From Octopus sinensis (Eukaryota): a stretch of 64,000 nt of DNA. The translations under genes and the position numbers were made by a program. Every line of letters begins with the position of its first letter. The stretch's first letter is position 1. The notes beneath the pieces were generated by a model. That model did not search any database and was not told the origin of the DNA. It was given only the letters and a program-made list of their open reading frames with translations. Shown one piece after another: positions 41,277-53,500 of the stretch. The DNA lies in NCBI RefSeq assembly GCF_006345805.1, contig NC_042997.1, positions 38,192,001-38,256,000 on the forward strand, written 5' to 3'.

Positions 41277-41550
41277 ATATGTATGTATGTATGTATGCAT
41301 GTATGTATGTATGTGTGTGTGTGTATATATGTTTCTGTGTCTGTGTTTGTCCCCCCAACATCGCTTGACAACCGATGCTGGTTTGTTTACGTCCCCGTAA
41401 CTTAGCGGTTCGGAAAAAGCGACCGATAGAATAAGTACTAAACTTACAAAGAATAAGTCCTGGGGTCGATTTGCTCGACCAAAGGCGGTGCTCCAGCATA
41501 GCCACAGTCAAATGACTGAAACAAATAAAAGAGTAAAAGAGTGAAAGAGT
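41066..41550 (+). mobile_element. SINE family C, full length with expanded internal microsatellite
   Basis: Aligns with 31494-31894; (aaagagt)n tail. Confidence 0.93.
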
Positions 41551-41589
41551 CGCATTAGCCATATTTTGTCCAAAAATCTGAACGCTACA

Positions 41590-42870
41590 AAATTTTCATT
41601 TTGGAACATGATAAAAAAATAAAGCAGAAGTATATGAAAAATGGATTAACTCAACACCTTTAATTCTACCACGCAAACTACAAATTAAACCAATTCCAGA
41701 AGAACCCGAACAGCAAAGGAAACTTGGGGAGAAATTAGCACTAGAAAAAATGAAAGTAGAGATTGAGTTACTCAAACTCAGAGCATCGAATAGCGAACAA
41801 AAATATAAAACGATCGATGAAGAAATGCACATCGAACTCACTAAACATGCTGATGAAAAACTTTTGGAAAGCGATTTAAAAATATGGGAAGACAGATGTG
41901 AGTCTGAAGAAATAAATTCCCTGTAACGATGGGAAAACGGTGTTGACTGTTCCTTAGTTTTGAAGCTCAGTTTAAAAGAGACTACACTTCAGATAACCCC
42001 TTCCTAAGAAAACCCAGAACAAATATATCTACAGAAATAAATACACGCCCACCTAGATCAGACAATAAACATCCAAAAGAACACGAGCACACAAAACTGA
42101 CCCTTCGCCTAGGAGTAAATCATTCTTTCTCTAATAAAAGGGTCTACCCACCAATTAGAAACACGAGAATAAACCAACCTATAGTTAGGAATAATTTTTT
42201 CCCTAGCAACTAGAAACATCCAAGATACCCCCTTCACCCCTCAACGACGAAACAACCTATGGATCCTCATACTTTTTACCCCGACAGCACAACCAGCTCC
42301 CCAGCATTCCGGACAATTAAGCACCCCAACAATTCATTTCAACGGAGAAACCCAAACCACGTCCTCCCAACCTATTTACCCAAGCAGCCATACCAACCTC
42401 CCAGCAATCCCAATATAATGAATAATAATAATACTGATTTAAATAATAACAATAATAACACCAATAATAACTTCTACCAACCAAATTACACTAAACATTT
42501 TTTAGACCGAGTGGAGAGAAACAAGGACACGGGTTGGAACAAAACTTACAGGAGAAACCCAAAGTCATTAACTTATCAAAGAAAACTCTATCCATAACAA
42601 AAATCAATATACTACCCAAATGTTAAAAGTTTACTTCAACCCCACGAAGATCTAACCATAATGAAATTAAAGACAATATTTCGGAATTTTGAAGAAAACT
42701 ACGACTCGCAGAAGTACTAACTGACTACAACAACAAAGATGAATCACTGGCCAAAAAACCACTGTGTATCTTCCTTTTTTAATTTCTTATATTTATTACA
42801 ACTCACCACGTGGGGATAATCGAACAAGCTAAATCAACCGAGGATCGAAACTAGGTTATGGCATTCAAAT
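41590..42870 (+). mobile_element. LINE remnant: coiled-coil ORF1-like region plus probable ORF2 extreme C-terminus; no APE or RT
   Basis: About 100 open codons, KAEVYEKWINSTPLILPRKLQIKPIPEEPEQQRKLGEKLALEKMKVEIELLKLRA...KTIDEEM, then an Asn-rich ORF1-like tail ending HFLDR...GWNKTYRR. Recognised from memory of invertebrate LINE ORF1s; clade uncertain. Confidence 0.55.
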
Positions 42871-43543
42871 GCTGAGAAAATAGCTCCCGCGGCACAGCGC
42901 CCTCCAGCAATGAATACAATATTAATTATACCATTAAGATTGTAAACAAATAAAAAATTAATATTAGATTTGAAAGACTTTCAGACGGTATCTTATATTA
43001 GAAATCTTGATAAAAGAGAGAAGTGGACGATATGGTAGAACAAGAATTACATTCTAGAAGAGAGTTATGTTAATTCTCATTACAGAGTAAGGGCAAAGGA
43101 TAAGAATTTAATATAAGCTAATTAGGATATTCAATGTCTAAGTACTCTAAATGACCAATTAGTAAAATCTTGAGTAGGCCTCCTTGACAATAATGGTATC
43201 GTGTAACCAATAGAAGCGGAATGTTCAAACTTGACTTTCCAAACAGACAAAGTATGGTGGGATGCATGAATACAAATGCACCATCAATTTAATAAATTGG
43301 CTGAACAGAAAACTCTTACGGCTATATGGTATAGGTTTTCCAATTAAATACAATGATATATATATATATATGTTCTACAGATAAATCTGCAATATAATGA
43401 AATGGATAAACATATGCACAGAAACACATACTCACACACACATTCTCATTCACACATAACTACAAATTTATATATATATCATATATTTATGAATTTACAA
43501 TGTAACTAATGAATAAATAAGCAATATATGTGTAAGTATACGA

Positions 43544-43591
<48 letters not shown>

Positions 43592-45576
43592 ATGTCTCTT
43601 TCTTCCTCTCTCTCCTCACACTCAATCTCTGTATGCGAGTATATGTTTATATATACAAATATACACAGATACATAAAAATAAACATCTTTTAATCTAATA
43701 CAATATACATATGAAAGGAAGCTGTATGATGAGTTTTTTAAAAGCATACATTAATACAACAAACGGAGAAGCAAACATTGGACTAGAAAATATATTAATA
43801 AGTTACTTCTGCGTTAAGTTGCAGCATAATACACTAATACAATGCATATCTATAGATTTTAGCCAACAGCAGCGAAAATGACAGATATTTGTCTGCAGTA
43901 CAGAGAGTCTGTCTTCTTGAAATATACACTTGTAATAAGTTATTCGGTGACAGACAATGCAATCACTTCTTGTACTGAAATTTATGACAGCGATCTAGGA
44001 TAAAGCCCTGAGATCTATAGTCTTTATTACAGTCACCCAAAACATAGCAAATCAAAAGGCTTCTAGCGTCCATATGTAGGGAGCAAAACTGAATATTTTA
44101 TTAAGATTGTGGGGAGATTCTTTGTATACTGTAGCATGTCTAGCGTCACATGTTTGTTGAATAAGTTGCTCAGCGCATTTCGAAACACTGTCTTCTGAAC
44201 TGCTTAAGCTGTGGTAAGAGTTTTACTATCGCAGTTATCCTGAAATAGATTCAAACACTCTGTACAAGAGGTTGCTGAAAAGTTGCTGGCTTTGGGCAAA
44301 AAATTAATACAGGAGAATCATTTGATTATGATTTAATTCAACATATTCCCCTCTCAGATTCAGACACATGTCGCAACGGTCCTTTAGTTCTTCTAAGCCC
44401 TGTAAAAGAACTCGAAAGGTTGAGCCTCCAGTCAGGCCTTTCTGGATAACCTTAATGCCCGGAACTTTTCAGCATCCCCTCGTATATGATTTTATTGATC
44501 AAATTCTATCATACAATAGTTTATCAGTATTTTACCAAGTCAGTGCATTTCATGTGTAATGAGAGACTTGTTTCTATCATGCTTGTCAACGATATCCATA
44601 TCTATTATATACTAGCACATTTAATTCAAAGCGTTAAAAATGTTATGTAAACAATTGGTATGTGTTCACAAAGTCCAAACGATTAATACGAAAAAACCCT
44701 CCAGGCTACATCCCGAAAATTCATTTCTTTGCCGAATTTTTACAATGTTTACGGCGATTCGTTTTTATATCTTGATTTTTTGTATTTTCATGCAATTTAC
44801 GCATGCTTGGTGAACACAGTTCACGTCAAACAGCTGACTTAGTAAATTTCCCTATTCAATGCATGGGATAAGGCCTAAACAAACACATTATCGATTTTTG
44901 CACTTGCGAGATGAATTTCGGAACAGAAATAGCGCAGTTCAATTTTCATTCGCCTAAACTTTAAGTGACCCATTTTTGGTGGGTCTACGATTTGTTGGCT
45001 AGGAAGAGATGTGCCGAGATTGTTAAACACACATACACACACAAATACACACACAGACCCACAAGTTGAGTTTTATATATATAGATGTTTCCGTAAAGAT
45101 ACATAAGATATCCATACGATACCACCAAACAACGATCAGAAGTATACAATTGCATCTCTTACAACTCCTGATAGGTTTTTTTTCATGAGTTCCATGTTTT
45201 TCGCGATAAATAATATCGCCTTTTCATGCAAATATGTGTCAATATTTCTTTCTCATTTCATCAAGGGAAACTGCATTTTCTTTAAACACTTTTTGCACGT
45301 TTCTTTGTATTTAATTAACACACCTAAATTTTTTCCAGAATAATTCTATATCTTTTTGAAAAAGAATCTCTCATACATATATTGACTGAAACTATATATA
45401 TATATATATATATATATATTCTTTGTACTATTATGTATATATTAATATATATACAGAGAGAAGGAGAGAGAGAGAGAGAGAAAATAGTACAAATAAACAC
45501 ATAAAACTCCTTGGGTTTGAAGTAAGAGGTTCTCGGTTTCATCTATTCTCTCTCTCTCTCTCTCTCTCTCTACATA

Positions 45577-45669
<93 letters not shown>

Positions 45670-45879
45670 TGTGTGTGTGTGTGTTTGTTTACATATATCT
45701 TTTTTCTAGTTTCATTACGCTCCTGTATTTTGTACAGTTATCCTCTTTTCCCGTCAATACATAACCCACAAAACAGTTTACCTCTACACATTACCTAACA
45801 CTCTGCCTCTATATCTGCCTAGCTATAAATATATAGCTACTTAAATATAGCTGCAAGTAAATGAGAGTATATTTTATGG

Positions 45880-46290
45880 TGGCTCTTGTAACAAAAGAAC
45901 ACATATCCAGAGAACAGAAGACCTCGATGACCTTAGGGTCCACTACATGGAATGAGCCAATGGTTCACAAAGTGATTTCTCAACTATTACTCATACCAAT
46001 ATTACGTCCGCTCGAATACGTGCTAGAGGAGTTCTGTCTCATTGAAATTAACCCCAAATCTATTAAACAACACCAGAAATGTTCACATTTATAGTGACAC
46101 TGTCTTAAAACGAAAACAGTATAACTAATATCCTGCCTATAGATTTTCACTTGGTTTTAATTATCGTTCGAGCATTGGGCTACATATCAACTGACATGCA
46201 TAAAAACTTAAAAACGCTTGGAATCTCCAAAACAGAACGGAGAAAACTGATTGTCATCACCAAGTAAAACTGAAGGTGAATTTGAACTTA
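45880..46290 (+). mobile_element. Degenerate RLE-type LINE 3' fragment (R4/NeSL-like)
   Basis: Fragments HKVISQLL, EEFCLIEINP and IIVRALGYISTDMHKNLKTLGISKTERRKLI resemble the RLE C-terminus (IIVGALG). Confidence 0.45.
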
Positions 46291-46320
46291 TGCACATAAT
46301 CGTCTCTTTCTCTCACTTTC

Positions 46321-46379
<59 letters not shown>

Positions 46380-46381
<2 letters not shown>

Positions 46382-46580
46382 AGGTGCGTAGCTTAGTGGT
46401 TAGGGTGTCAGCATCATGATCGCAAGATTGTGGTTTCGATTCCTGGACCGGGCGATGCGTTGTGTTCTTGAGCAAAGCAATTCATTTCACGTTGTTCCAG
46501 TCCAGTCAGCTGGCAAAAATGAGCAACGCTGCGATGGACTGGCGCCCCGCTCAGCTGAGGAACACATACGCCTGACTAGG
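46380..46580 (+). mobile_element. SINE family D, 3' part lost at the adjacent LINE insertion
   Basis: ggaggtgcgtagcttagtggttagggtg head, then tcttgagcaaagcaattcatttcacgttg. Confidence 0.88.
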
Positions 46581-46599
46581 CTTTAAAAGGGCACATTTA

Positions 46600-46605
46600 T
46601 TTATT

Positions 46606-46636
<31 letters not shown>

Positions 46637-46977
46637 GTAGTAGTAGTATTATTATTATTATTACTTTTTTTTTTCCTTCTTTCAAATTTGCTTCCATTTC
46701 TTGCCGAGTGTCTTCCCGACTCCTAGGGCAAAGAAACTCATAGTATACATTGGTAGGCCATTAAACCAAACTCAGTAGTTCGTTCATTTTTTTTTTTTTT
46801 TTAAGTTAAATTAAAATACATGAGCAGCAACAGTTCTCACATCGACAATGCTCTTCTCAATACGTGTGATGTACCAGTTAAGACAATCTTTTGCACTTCT
46901 TGCAGGGATGGTAAGCCAGGGATCATTCTCATATAATTTTCGGTTCCCTTCTTGATCATTCCTAGTGCTCCTACGGC
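46600..46977 (-). mobile_element. R4/Dong-like LINE, short 3' fragment with 3' UTR, in a (TAA)n tract
   Basis: Minus translation AVGALGMIKKGTENYMRMIPGLPSLQEVQKIVLTGTSHVLRRALSM* (stop 46837-46839), then UTR and a (taa)n tail. R4/Dong elements are known to target TAA repeats. Confidence 0.85.
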
Positions 46978-47131
46978 AATGATCAAGAAGGGAACCGAAA
47001 ATTATATGAGAATGATCCCTGGCTTACCATCCCTGCAAGAAGTGCAAAAGATTGTCTTAACTGGTACATCACACGTATTGAGAAGAGCATTGTCGATGTG
47101 AGAACTGTTGCTGCTCATGTATTTTAATTTA
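46807..47131. repeat. Perfect inverted repeat, 154-bp arms, 17-nt spacer
   Basis: 46807-46960 is the exact reverse complement of 46978-47131; spacer cctagtgctcctacggc. Confidence 0.97.
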
Positions 47132-47161
47132 TTATTATCATTATTATTATTATTTTTATTA

Positions 47162-47220
<59 letters not shown>

Positions 47221-47741
47221 TATGTATATATACATACATATACATACATACATATGTGTGTGTAATACACATGCATGCACACACATGTACAGAAATCAAG
47301 CCATACGTATACTAACGTGTGACATTCACATGCACTACACGAGTGCCAGTTTGTCTGTACGCACACACACATAAGCACAATGCACACTCATATGCATACA
47401 TATGCATACATCGATTTGTTCTTACAACCACAAACTCCAAGAGTTGTTTTCATCTAAACAAGGATTAAAGGAGCCTAGTCACTTTATTTGCGTCCCGTTT
47501 GTATTCATCAAGGTAAAAAAAAAACTTAAATTTCAAAGGGACATAATAACTACATATTTACACTACCACGTAGTTGCTTAGATCTCAGTAAATAAGCATC
47601 TGGGATTTGACTAGTTAAGTGACTTGAGAAACACCGGTAGAAGTACATACATAAATACATAGATACTAATATACATACGCCACTCATAAACATACATACA
47701 TACATACATACATACATTCTCGTTATTCCATATATGAAAAT

Positions 47742-47776
<35 letters not shown>

Positions 47777-48919
47777 TACACTAATCTGAACTTTGTTGCT
47801 AGACTGTTCGATTATCACATGCAGTTATGTAGGTAATTGGTTTATCTCCAACGAAATAAATTTAATTTTTGTTTCATGTCTAAGATTTAACTTCAGATGT
47901 CACCGTCATATAAATTGGGTTAGTCATTTTAAAAGTAGCTTTATTTGAATATAGGCCAAAGTGGATCTTTACTGCCTGGCCAAAGACCAACGCTATTTTT
48001 GCTCAGTTTCTTATAAATGACTTGTCTAAATCGATGTTACAAAGTAATCTATAGAAACCGTTTCTTTGGTAACTACAGAGAGTTGACATTGTAGCTACTA
48101 TAATTAACTATTTTCAATTTATTACTTCTTACTCATACAAATTAGAAATTACCCTTTCCAGTTCTTCCAATCATGGAAGAAACACGTCTCTAAATTTAGT
48201 CTCATGTCATGTTATAAGGATTGATGTTATGAAGTTCGCCTACTTCATAACATCTGCCAATTATGTGACTGTTAGTAATATGTTGTTGTCATATAATCTG
48301 CGTCTTCTTAGAATGCGAGCTGCATATTCTATTTGTTTTGTTTTTGCCCGGAAATGATATTCAACTCACATAATATTAAAAGATACAACTTCTCGTTATC
48401 CCATATATGAAAATGTTAAACACTATCTTTATGTACAAAATTTGTACAACATATCTACGAAAATAAAAGCAATAAAATACGAAAATATCAGTTAAGTAAA
48501 TAAATAAGTCAACGACTTATACAGGATGCACATTTAGAAAATGACCGCTGAAATATCACATATACAAAAGAATTGCAATTCAGATGAATGACAATGTGAT
48601 GTGTTCAGACCAAATCACTTAATTTAGGTGTTGATAGTGCTATGTGCCAAGCAATAACAAATATGAGATGATATTATTCAGCACTGTAAAATCGTCGAGC
48701 ACTTTTTTTTAACTGCTTTCTCTTTGTACAGATGTTATTGGTACCCACAGCAGAAATTCTGTATCTTATATATCACATTATTATACACAAAATACTACGT
48801 TCGTATCAATTGTCTCTGCCCATTAGATATAAAAGCATAATTTCATGAGTACATAAATATATGTTAATATCTATATGTACTTTGTCTAGACTGCATATAT
48901 TATTATCGGCACTTAAAAT

Positions 48920-48979
48920 ATGGCGAGCTTGCGGAATCGTTATCACGGAGCACGTCGGATGAAATGCTTTGCGGCATTT
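48920..48979 (+). mobile_element. SINE family B head, interrupted
   Basis: ggcgagcttgcggaatcgtta...gaaatgctttgcggcatttc stops where the palindrome begins. Confidence 0.7.
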
Positions 48980-49111
48980 CTTACATATTTAGAAATAGCA
49001 GTCAAAACCGCTATAAAGCCATTTTTATCACTCATATTATTTCTCTTCACGATAAAAGCTGTCTGCGGGTGACATGACAAATAGAATCAACAACTTTAAA
49101 ATAACTGGTTA

Positions 49112-49175
49112 ATTCTCTATTGCAATTTCGACGTTAGGGATCTATTAAAGGACCAATTCGTCTCGTCAGGGGACT
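49112..49175 (-). ncRNA. Minimal type I hammerhead ribozyme motif
   Basis: agtccc-CTGACGA-gacg...cgtc-GAAA-ttgcaa-TA-gagaat on the minus strand. Confidence 0.75.
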
Positions 49176-49216
49176 ATTCCTATAGATAGAAATCAATACA
49201 AGACCGACAAGAGAAT

Positions 49217-49280
49217 ATTCCCCTGACGAGACGAATGGATCCCTTAATAGGTCCCTAACGTCGAAATTGCAATATGGAAT
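49217..49280 (+). ncRNA. Minimal type I hammerhead ribozyme motif
   Basis: attccc-CTGACGA (49223-49229)-gacg...cgtc-GAAA (49263-49266), palindromic stem III ATTGCAAT, ATA triplet ending 49274, then tggaat. Confidence 0.8.
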
Positions 49281-50365
49281 TAACCAGTTATTTTTAAGTT
49301 GTGAATTCTGTTTTGTCATGTTACCTGCAGACAGCTTTTATCGTGAAGAGAAATTATACAAGTGATAGCAATGGCATTTTAGCAGTTTTGACTGCTATTT
49401 CTAAGCATGTAAGGGTTTAGAAATCCTCTTAGTTATAATTGTCACTTGTTCATAATTATAAATATACTTCTTCTATGTATCTTATAATGTTTGGCCGTTG
49501 ATATATTCATAAATAAGTCTTAATTGTTTATAATACGTCTTCCGTAATGTATTATCACATTACTTTTTAATTATATATTTATATATATATATTAGTTTCT
49601 GTTTGCTTAAATGTTAGGAGCACAGTCAGGCGTGCGAGATATCAGTAAGCTTGTGTGTGACGGACAGATGTGTATGATTGAGGAGTCATTTGTATGAAGT
49701 GTAAATCTTGAAGCAAACGATTAGGAAATGAAATGCTCCAATGGGATTGTAAGTAATTTAGAACCAATTTTCGTGATTCTTGTGGGTGAAGGATATTACT
49801 TTCAATGATATCGTAATAGTCGTCTTGCTTGAAATAGAGCTAGTGAACTACAGCTGCAATGCATAATGAATTCTGAAAACCTGTAAGATGAACTAGGGGT
49901 GTCTATTTTCCCCTTATTTTTTCCTGAACAATCTCTAACCCAGCCTCTAAGACATTCGATATCCGATTGCACTAAAAATAGTGCAATTTTGATATCCGAA
50001 ATATTGTTTGTGCTCAATTTCGCAGAAGGGTATTCTATATACTATGAATAAAGTAGATTATTCATGAGTGCTACTGAATACATATCTGATGCAATTTGTT
50101 GCATGATCTGGTATTTGGGAGCTAAATTGGCTCCCCCATCAGGCCGGTCCGATTGCTTGAATACTAGCTGAACAAAAATATATTTGAAAGTGATGGATGA
50201 ATTCAGTGTAGCTTTAATGATTCTCTAGCAGTAGCGTGATTACCAAGACAATCTGATTTAGTGTCTCATATGCTATAAATACACTTACCTTTTGTTCGGA
50301 CATGTCTCCAGGGGAAGGCATTGCTTTGCCCACACGTACACCGGTAGTACAATTTGTAGTATATA

Positions 50366-50582
50366 AGGCGGCGAGCTGGCAGAAACGTTAGCACGCCGGG
50401 CGAAATGCTTAGCGGTATTTCGTCTGCCACTACGTTCTGAGTTCAAATTCCGCCGGGGTCGACTTTGCCTTTCATCCTTTCGGGGTCGATTAAATAAGTA
50501 CCAGTTACACACTGGAGTCAATATAATCGACTCAATTCGTTTGTCGGTCCTTGTTTGTCCCTTTGTGGGTAGTAAAGAAATA
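50366..50582 (+). mobile_element. SINE family B, full length
   Basis: Complete head, central domain and tail; short TSD gtagtata. Confidence 0.95.
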
Positions 50583-51959
50583 GGTAGTATAATTGGGAGG
50601 GTAGCCAAGACTCAGCTGTTTTGAAAGTAGCCTGATAAGCAAACGGGCAAGTCTGGGCATAAACCTTCACTGACACTAAATGCTTCACAAAAGATGAAGG
50701 CTAAGGTAGGTAACTCGAGCAGCAAATCCGATCAGAGGAAACTTCGGGGCCCACTTATGCTATTCGAGCTCATGAAGCTCTCCACACTCATTCATGGAAA
50801 TAAGAATATTCATTCATTCATTAGTTCATTTGTTCGTTCCTTCATTCATTCACTGATATTATGGCTTTTACTTTCACGTAGACGCTAAGAAAGTGAACTG
50901 ACATCAACTAAGATGCAAACAATTTCCCGGTGTCCATGAGTCATCAGATTGACACTTGCTCTACAACACTTACTACAAGTAATAAGAAAATTCTAATAAC
51001 ATCAAATGCATTTTTAGTTTGTTTATTTTTTTTAGGTTATTTTCAATAGACGGCAATGTTGTTGTCTTGAATTCATTTCTTCTCATTGTACCGAGAATTA
51101 AAAGGGGTCACAAATAGTGTGTTCGTGTTTATTGGTTCATACAGTCTTTTAATACATTGCAAGAGACACCTGACATAAAAGAAAATCATATTGTCTTTTA
51201 CGTTTCGTGTAGACTGTTTAGTAGTACTATGGGGAAATCTTATGAGAAATGTATGAAATATCTCTCTTGTATTTCTTTGTGACTACGAGGGGAAATTTGT
51301 ATAAAGTTTAAAACTAATGATTCTATACTTCGGAAGTTGAGAATCTATAAACTGTTGCTTAATAAGTGCAAAGTTTATTTAGAAGTTTAATATCTTTTGG
51401 TTTCTGTGGGTTGAACACAAAAGGGTGGAACCTAAGGTCATGTTTGGTAAGTAGCGTGTTCTTATAGAGTAGCAACATTGTGCCTAGTGTTATGAGATCA
51501 TATTTACAACATTTAAGCATGTTCCGTAGACAGAAAACGAATGAAGGCATTATTGGACTGCTCCATGCTGCCTCTAGATTTTTAATCAATTTCAAGTATT
51601 TGATTGTTTCATTCATTTTAAATACCATATTCGAAGGAGCTGTCGGAAATAATGAATAAATACTCTTACAATCGACAATGAGTTATACTCATATCTTACT
51701 CAGAGAAGAAACCTGCTGCCTTGGTACTATGAAAAGTAACTAAGAATCGGCGCATATGTTTTTTTTTATATTTGGGAGACGGGCCTTTTTGATACATATG
51801 CATATCATTTCAGAAGTTACTGACACCGTATTGAGTTATTTGAGTCACGTTATATCTTATACTGAGAGCCGATGTGTCTTGAAGGCCCTCCGATAATGGT
51901 GAGATTCTTTTCATTAAGGTTGAAACTGGAGATGGAAAACTGACTATCGTAGGAAAACA

Positions 51960-52930
51960 ATGCTTAGCTGCAACGAGAGTGACATTATATAGAGAAACGA
52001 ATCTATTCTGAATGCCTGGTTTATGAAATTACTTGACCAGCTAGATCCGAGGAGCAGCAGCCATTAAAATAGCAATAGAAAAAGTACAAAGAGAAGGCAG
52101 TAAAAACAGTGGGCCAGGAGCGATAGTGTGTCTGTTACTAATGAAAAGTCATTTCGCCGAGTGGTCCTTCTCTAGATGTGGACTAGGATGGTAGTATGTG
52201 GAGTATCAGCAGGAGATGTGGAAGTAGTATGCTACTGACGGCATCTCATGAGTTTTGTAATGTGCCAGCAGTTGTTAGGTGTTGAAATATCTCGTCTGAC
52301 CCGAAAGAGAATGGATAGGTTGAACTATATTAATGATGCATTTTTGCCAGGTGAACCTCTCGGTGATACTGAGAAGTATTCAGAGCGACTGTGAGGACTT
52401 CAGTTGAATGCCGCTCGTATTTAGAGGAGCCGTAATGCTGTTTCGCTTCCGTGATATGAAGAGTGCGTGAGGTTTTGGGGTGGCGGGAGCTGTTCACGAA
52501 AACAAGGGTGTCATGGCCTGTGTTGAAGATATTCTCAAGGTCTCTGCTTATGGAATCATTGATGGTTTGGTGTACAGTATCAAGGTTGCGTGTGAAAGAC
52601 ATATAGTTAGTGGATGTTAGGGAGGAATGAAGGGTCATCTATTCTAACACATGTGCGGACGTTATTAAATGTAGTAGGAAATAAGTCCGTCATCAATAGC
52701 AGAAAGATAGTAGGGAGCAGAACCGGCTCTTGCGAAACATCAAGTTTGATTCAGCGTGTAACATATATCACAATCTAATAGGAAGGTATTGATTGAAGAG
52801 ATAAAAGATAGGTGGGACTAGCATACAGGAGGGTTTAAAGGGGAATTTGCATACAAGACACGACCGAATCTTTTGCTGATGCTTACAACAAAAACATTGC
52901 TCTTACCGAACATCTTTAAAGCGAATGTCC
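51960..52930 (-). mobile_element. Highly degenerate CR1/L2-type RT fragment
   Basis: Broken translation DVSQEPVLLPTIFLL.IDD (cf. GVPQGSVLSPTLF), then ISRDLENIFNTG...LVFVNSS (cf. LxSDLxxIxxWGxxNLVxFNxSK). Confidence 0.55.
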
Positions 52931-53039
52931 ACTTTTAGTGATATATGTTCCCGAAGGATTTGACTTTAACAATAAATATTTTAATATTACATCTAAAAGT
53001 ATCAAGGTAAATACCATCTTTTTCTGGAAATTTTCTATC

Positions 53040-53500
53040 AGTGACCAGGTATTTTGAATGTTTAGTGATTATTATCTTTTAATAATTTTGCTTACCATTG
53101 CGTTACTTAGCCCGTCGGTAACGCTCTCACGTGATTAGAGAAATAGAGAGAGAAAGAAAGGAGGGAGGGAGAAAAGGAGGGAGAGAGAGAAGCGTCCATG
53201 ACGAGCTAGAGAGAATATAATTGTAAAGCTTTCACGTGATTAGGTGAAAGGAAAGAGAGGAGAAAGAAAAAGAGAGAGGAAAGAGGACAAGGTGAAGTGT
53301 GAGAGACAAAGCAGGAGAAAGAACAAGAGAGGGAAAAAACGTAGAAAGAAATGAGAGAGAGAAGCGTCTATGACGTGAGGTGGGGAACGTAATAATGTTA
53401 GCAGAAGGGTGATGTTCTGATGGTGATGCTAAAGAAAGGTAGAGAGGGGTGAGAGAGAAAGAAAGGAAGAGAAAGAGGTCCCAATTTTTTAGATTATTCT
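53040..53500. repeat. Purine-rich repeat element with duplicated motif blocks, possibly a non-autonomous transposon
   Basis: tcacgtgattag at 53127 and 53232; gagagaagcgtc(c/t)atgacg at about 53185 and 53355; (GA)-rich spacers. Confidence 0.4.

Larger units (their letters stand above)
48980..49412. mobile_element. Inverted pair of Penelope-like LTR fragments (~200-bp imperfect arms, ~30-nt spacer)
   Basis: 48980-49180 is an imperfect reverse complement of 49211-49412; each arm carries a hammerhead core. Confidence 0.8.

Noticed and set aside
42820-42860. Hammerhead-like ggatcGAAACtaggtta
   Set aside because: No upstream CUGANGA core or closing stems.
44455-44488. Mariner TIR-like ccggaacttttcagcatcccctcgta as the missing right end of the 23149 element
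   Set aside because: It is 20 kb away and only loosely complementary to the left end; more likely a separate solo fragment.
45450-45575. (GA)n...(CT)n fold-back
   Set aside because: Pairing comes almost entirely from complementary microsatellites, which is common in this genome.
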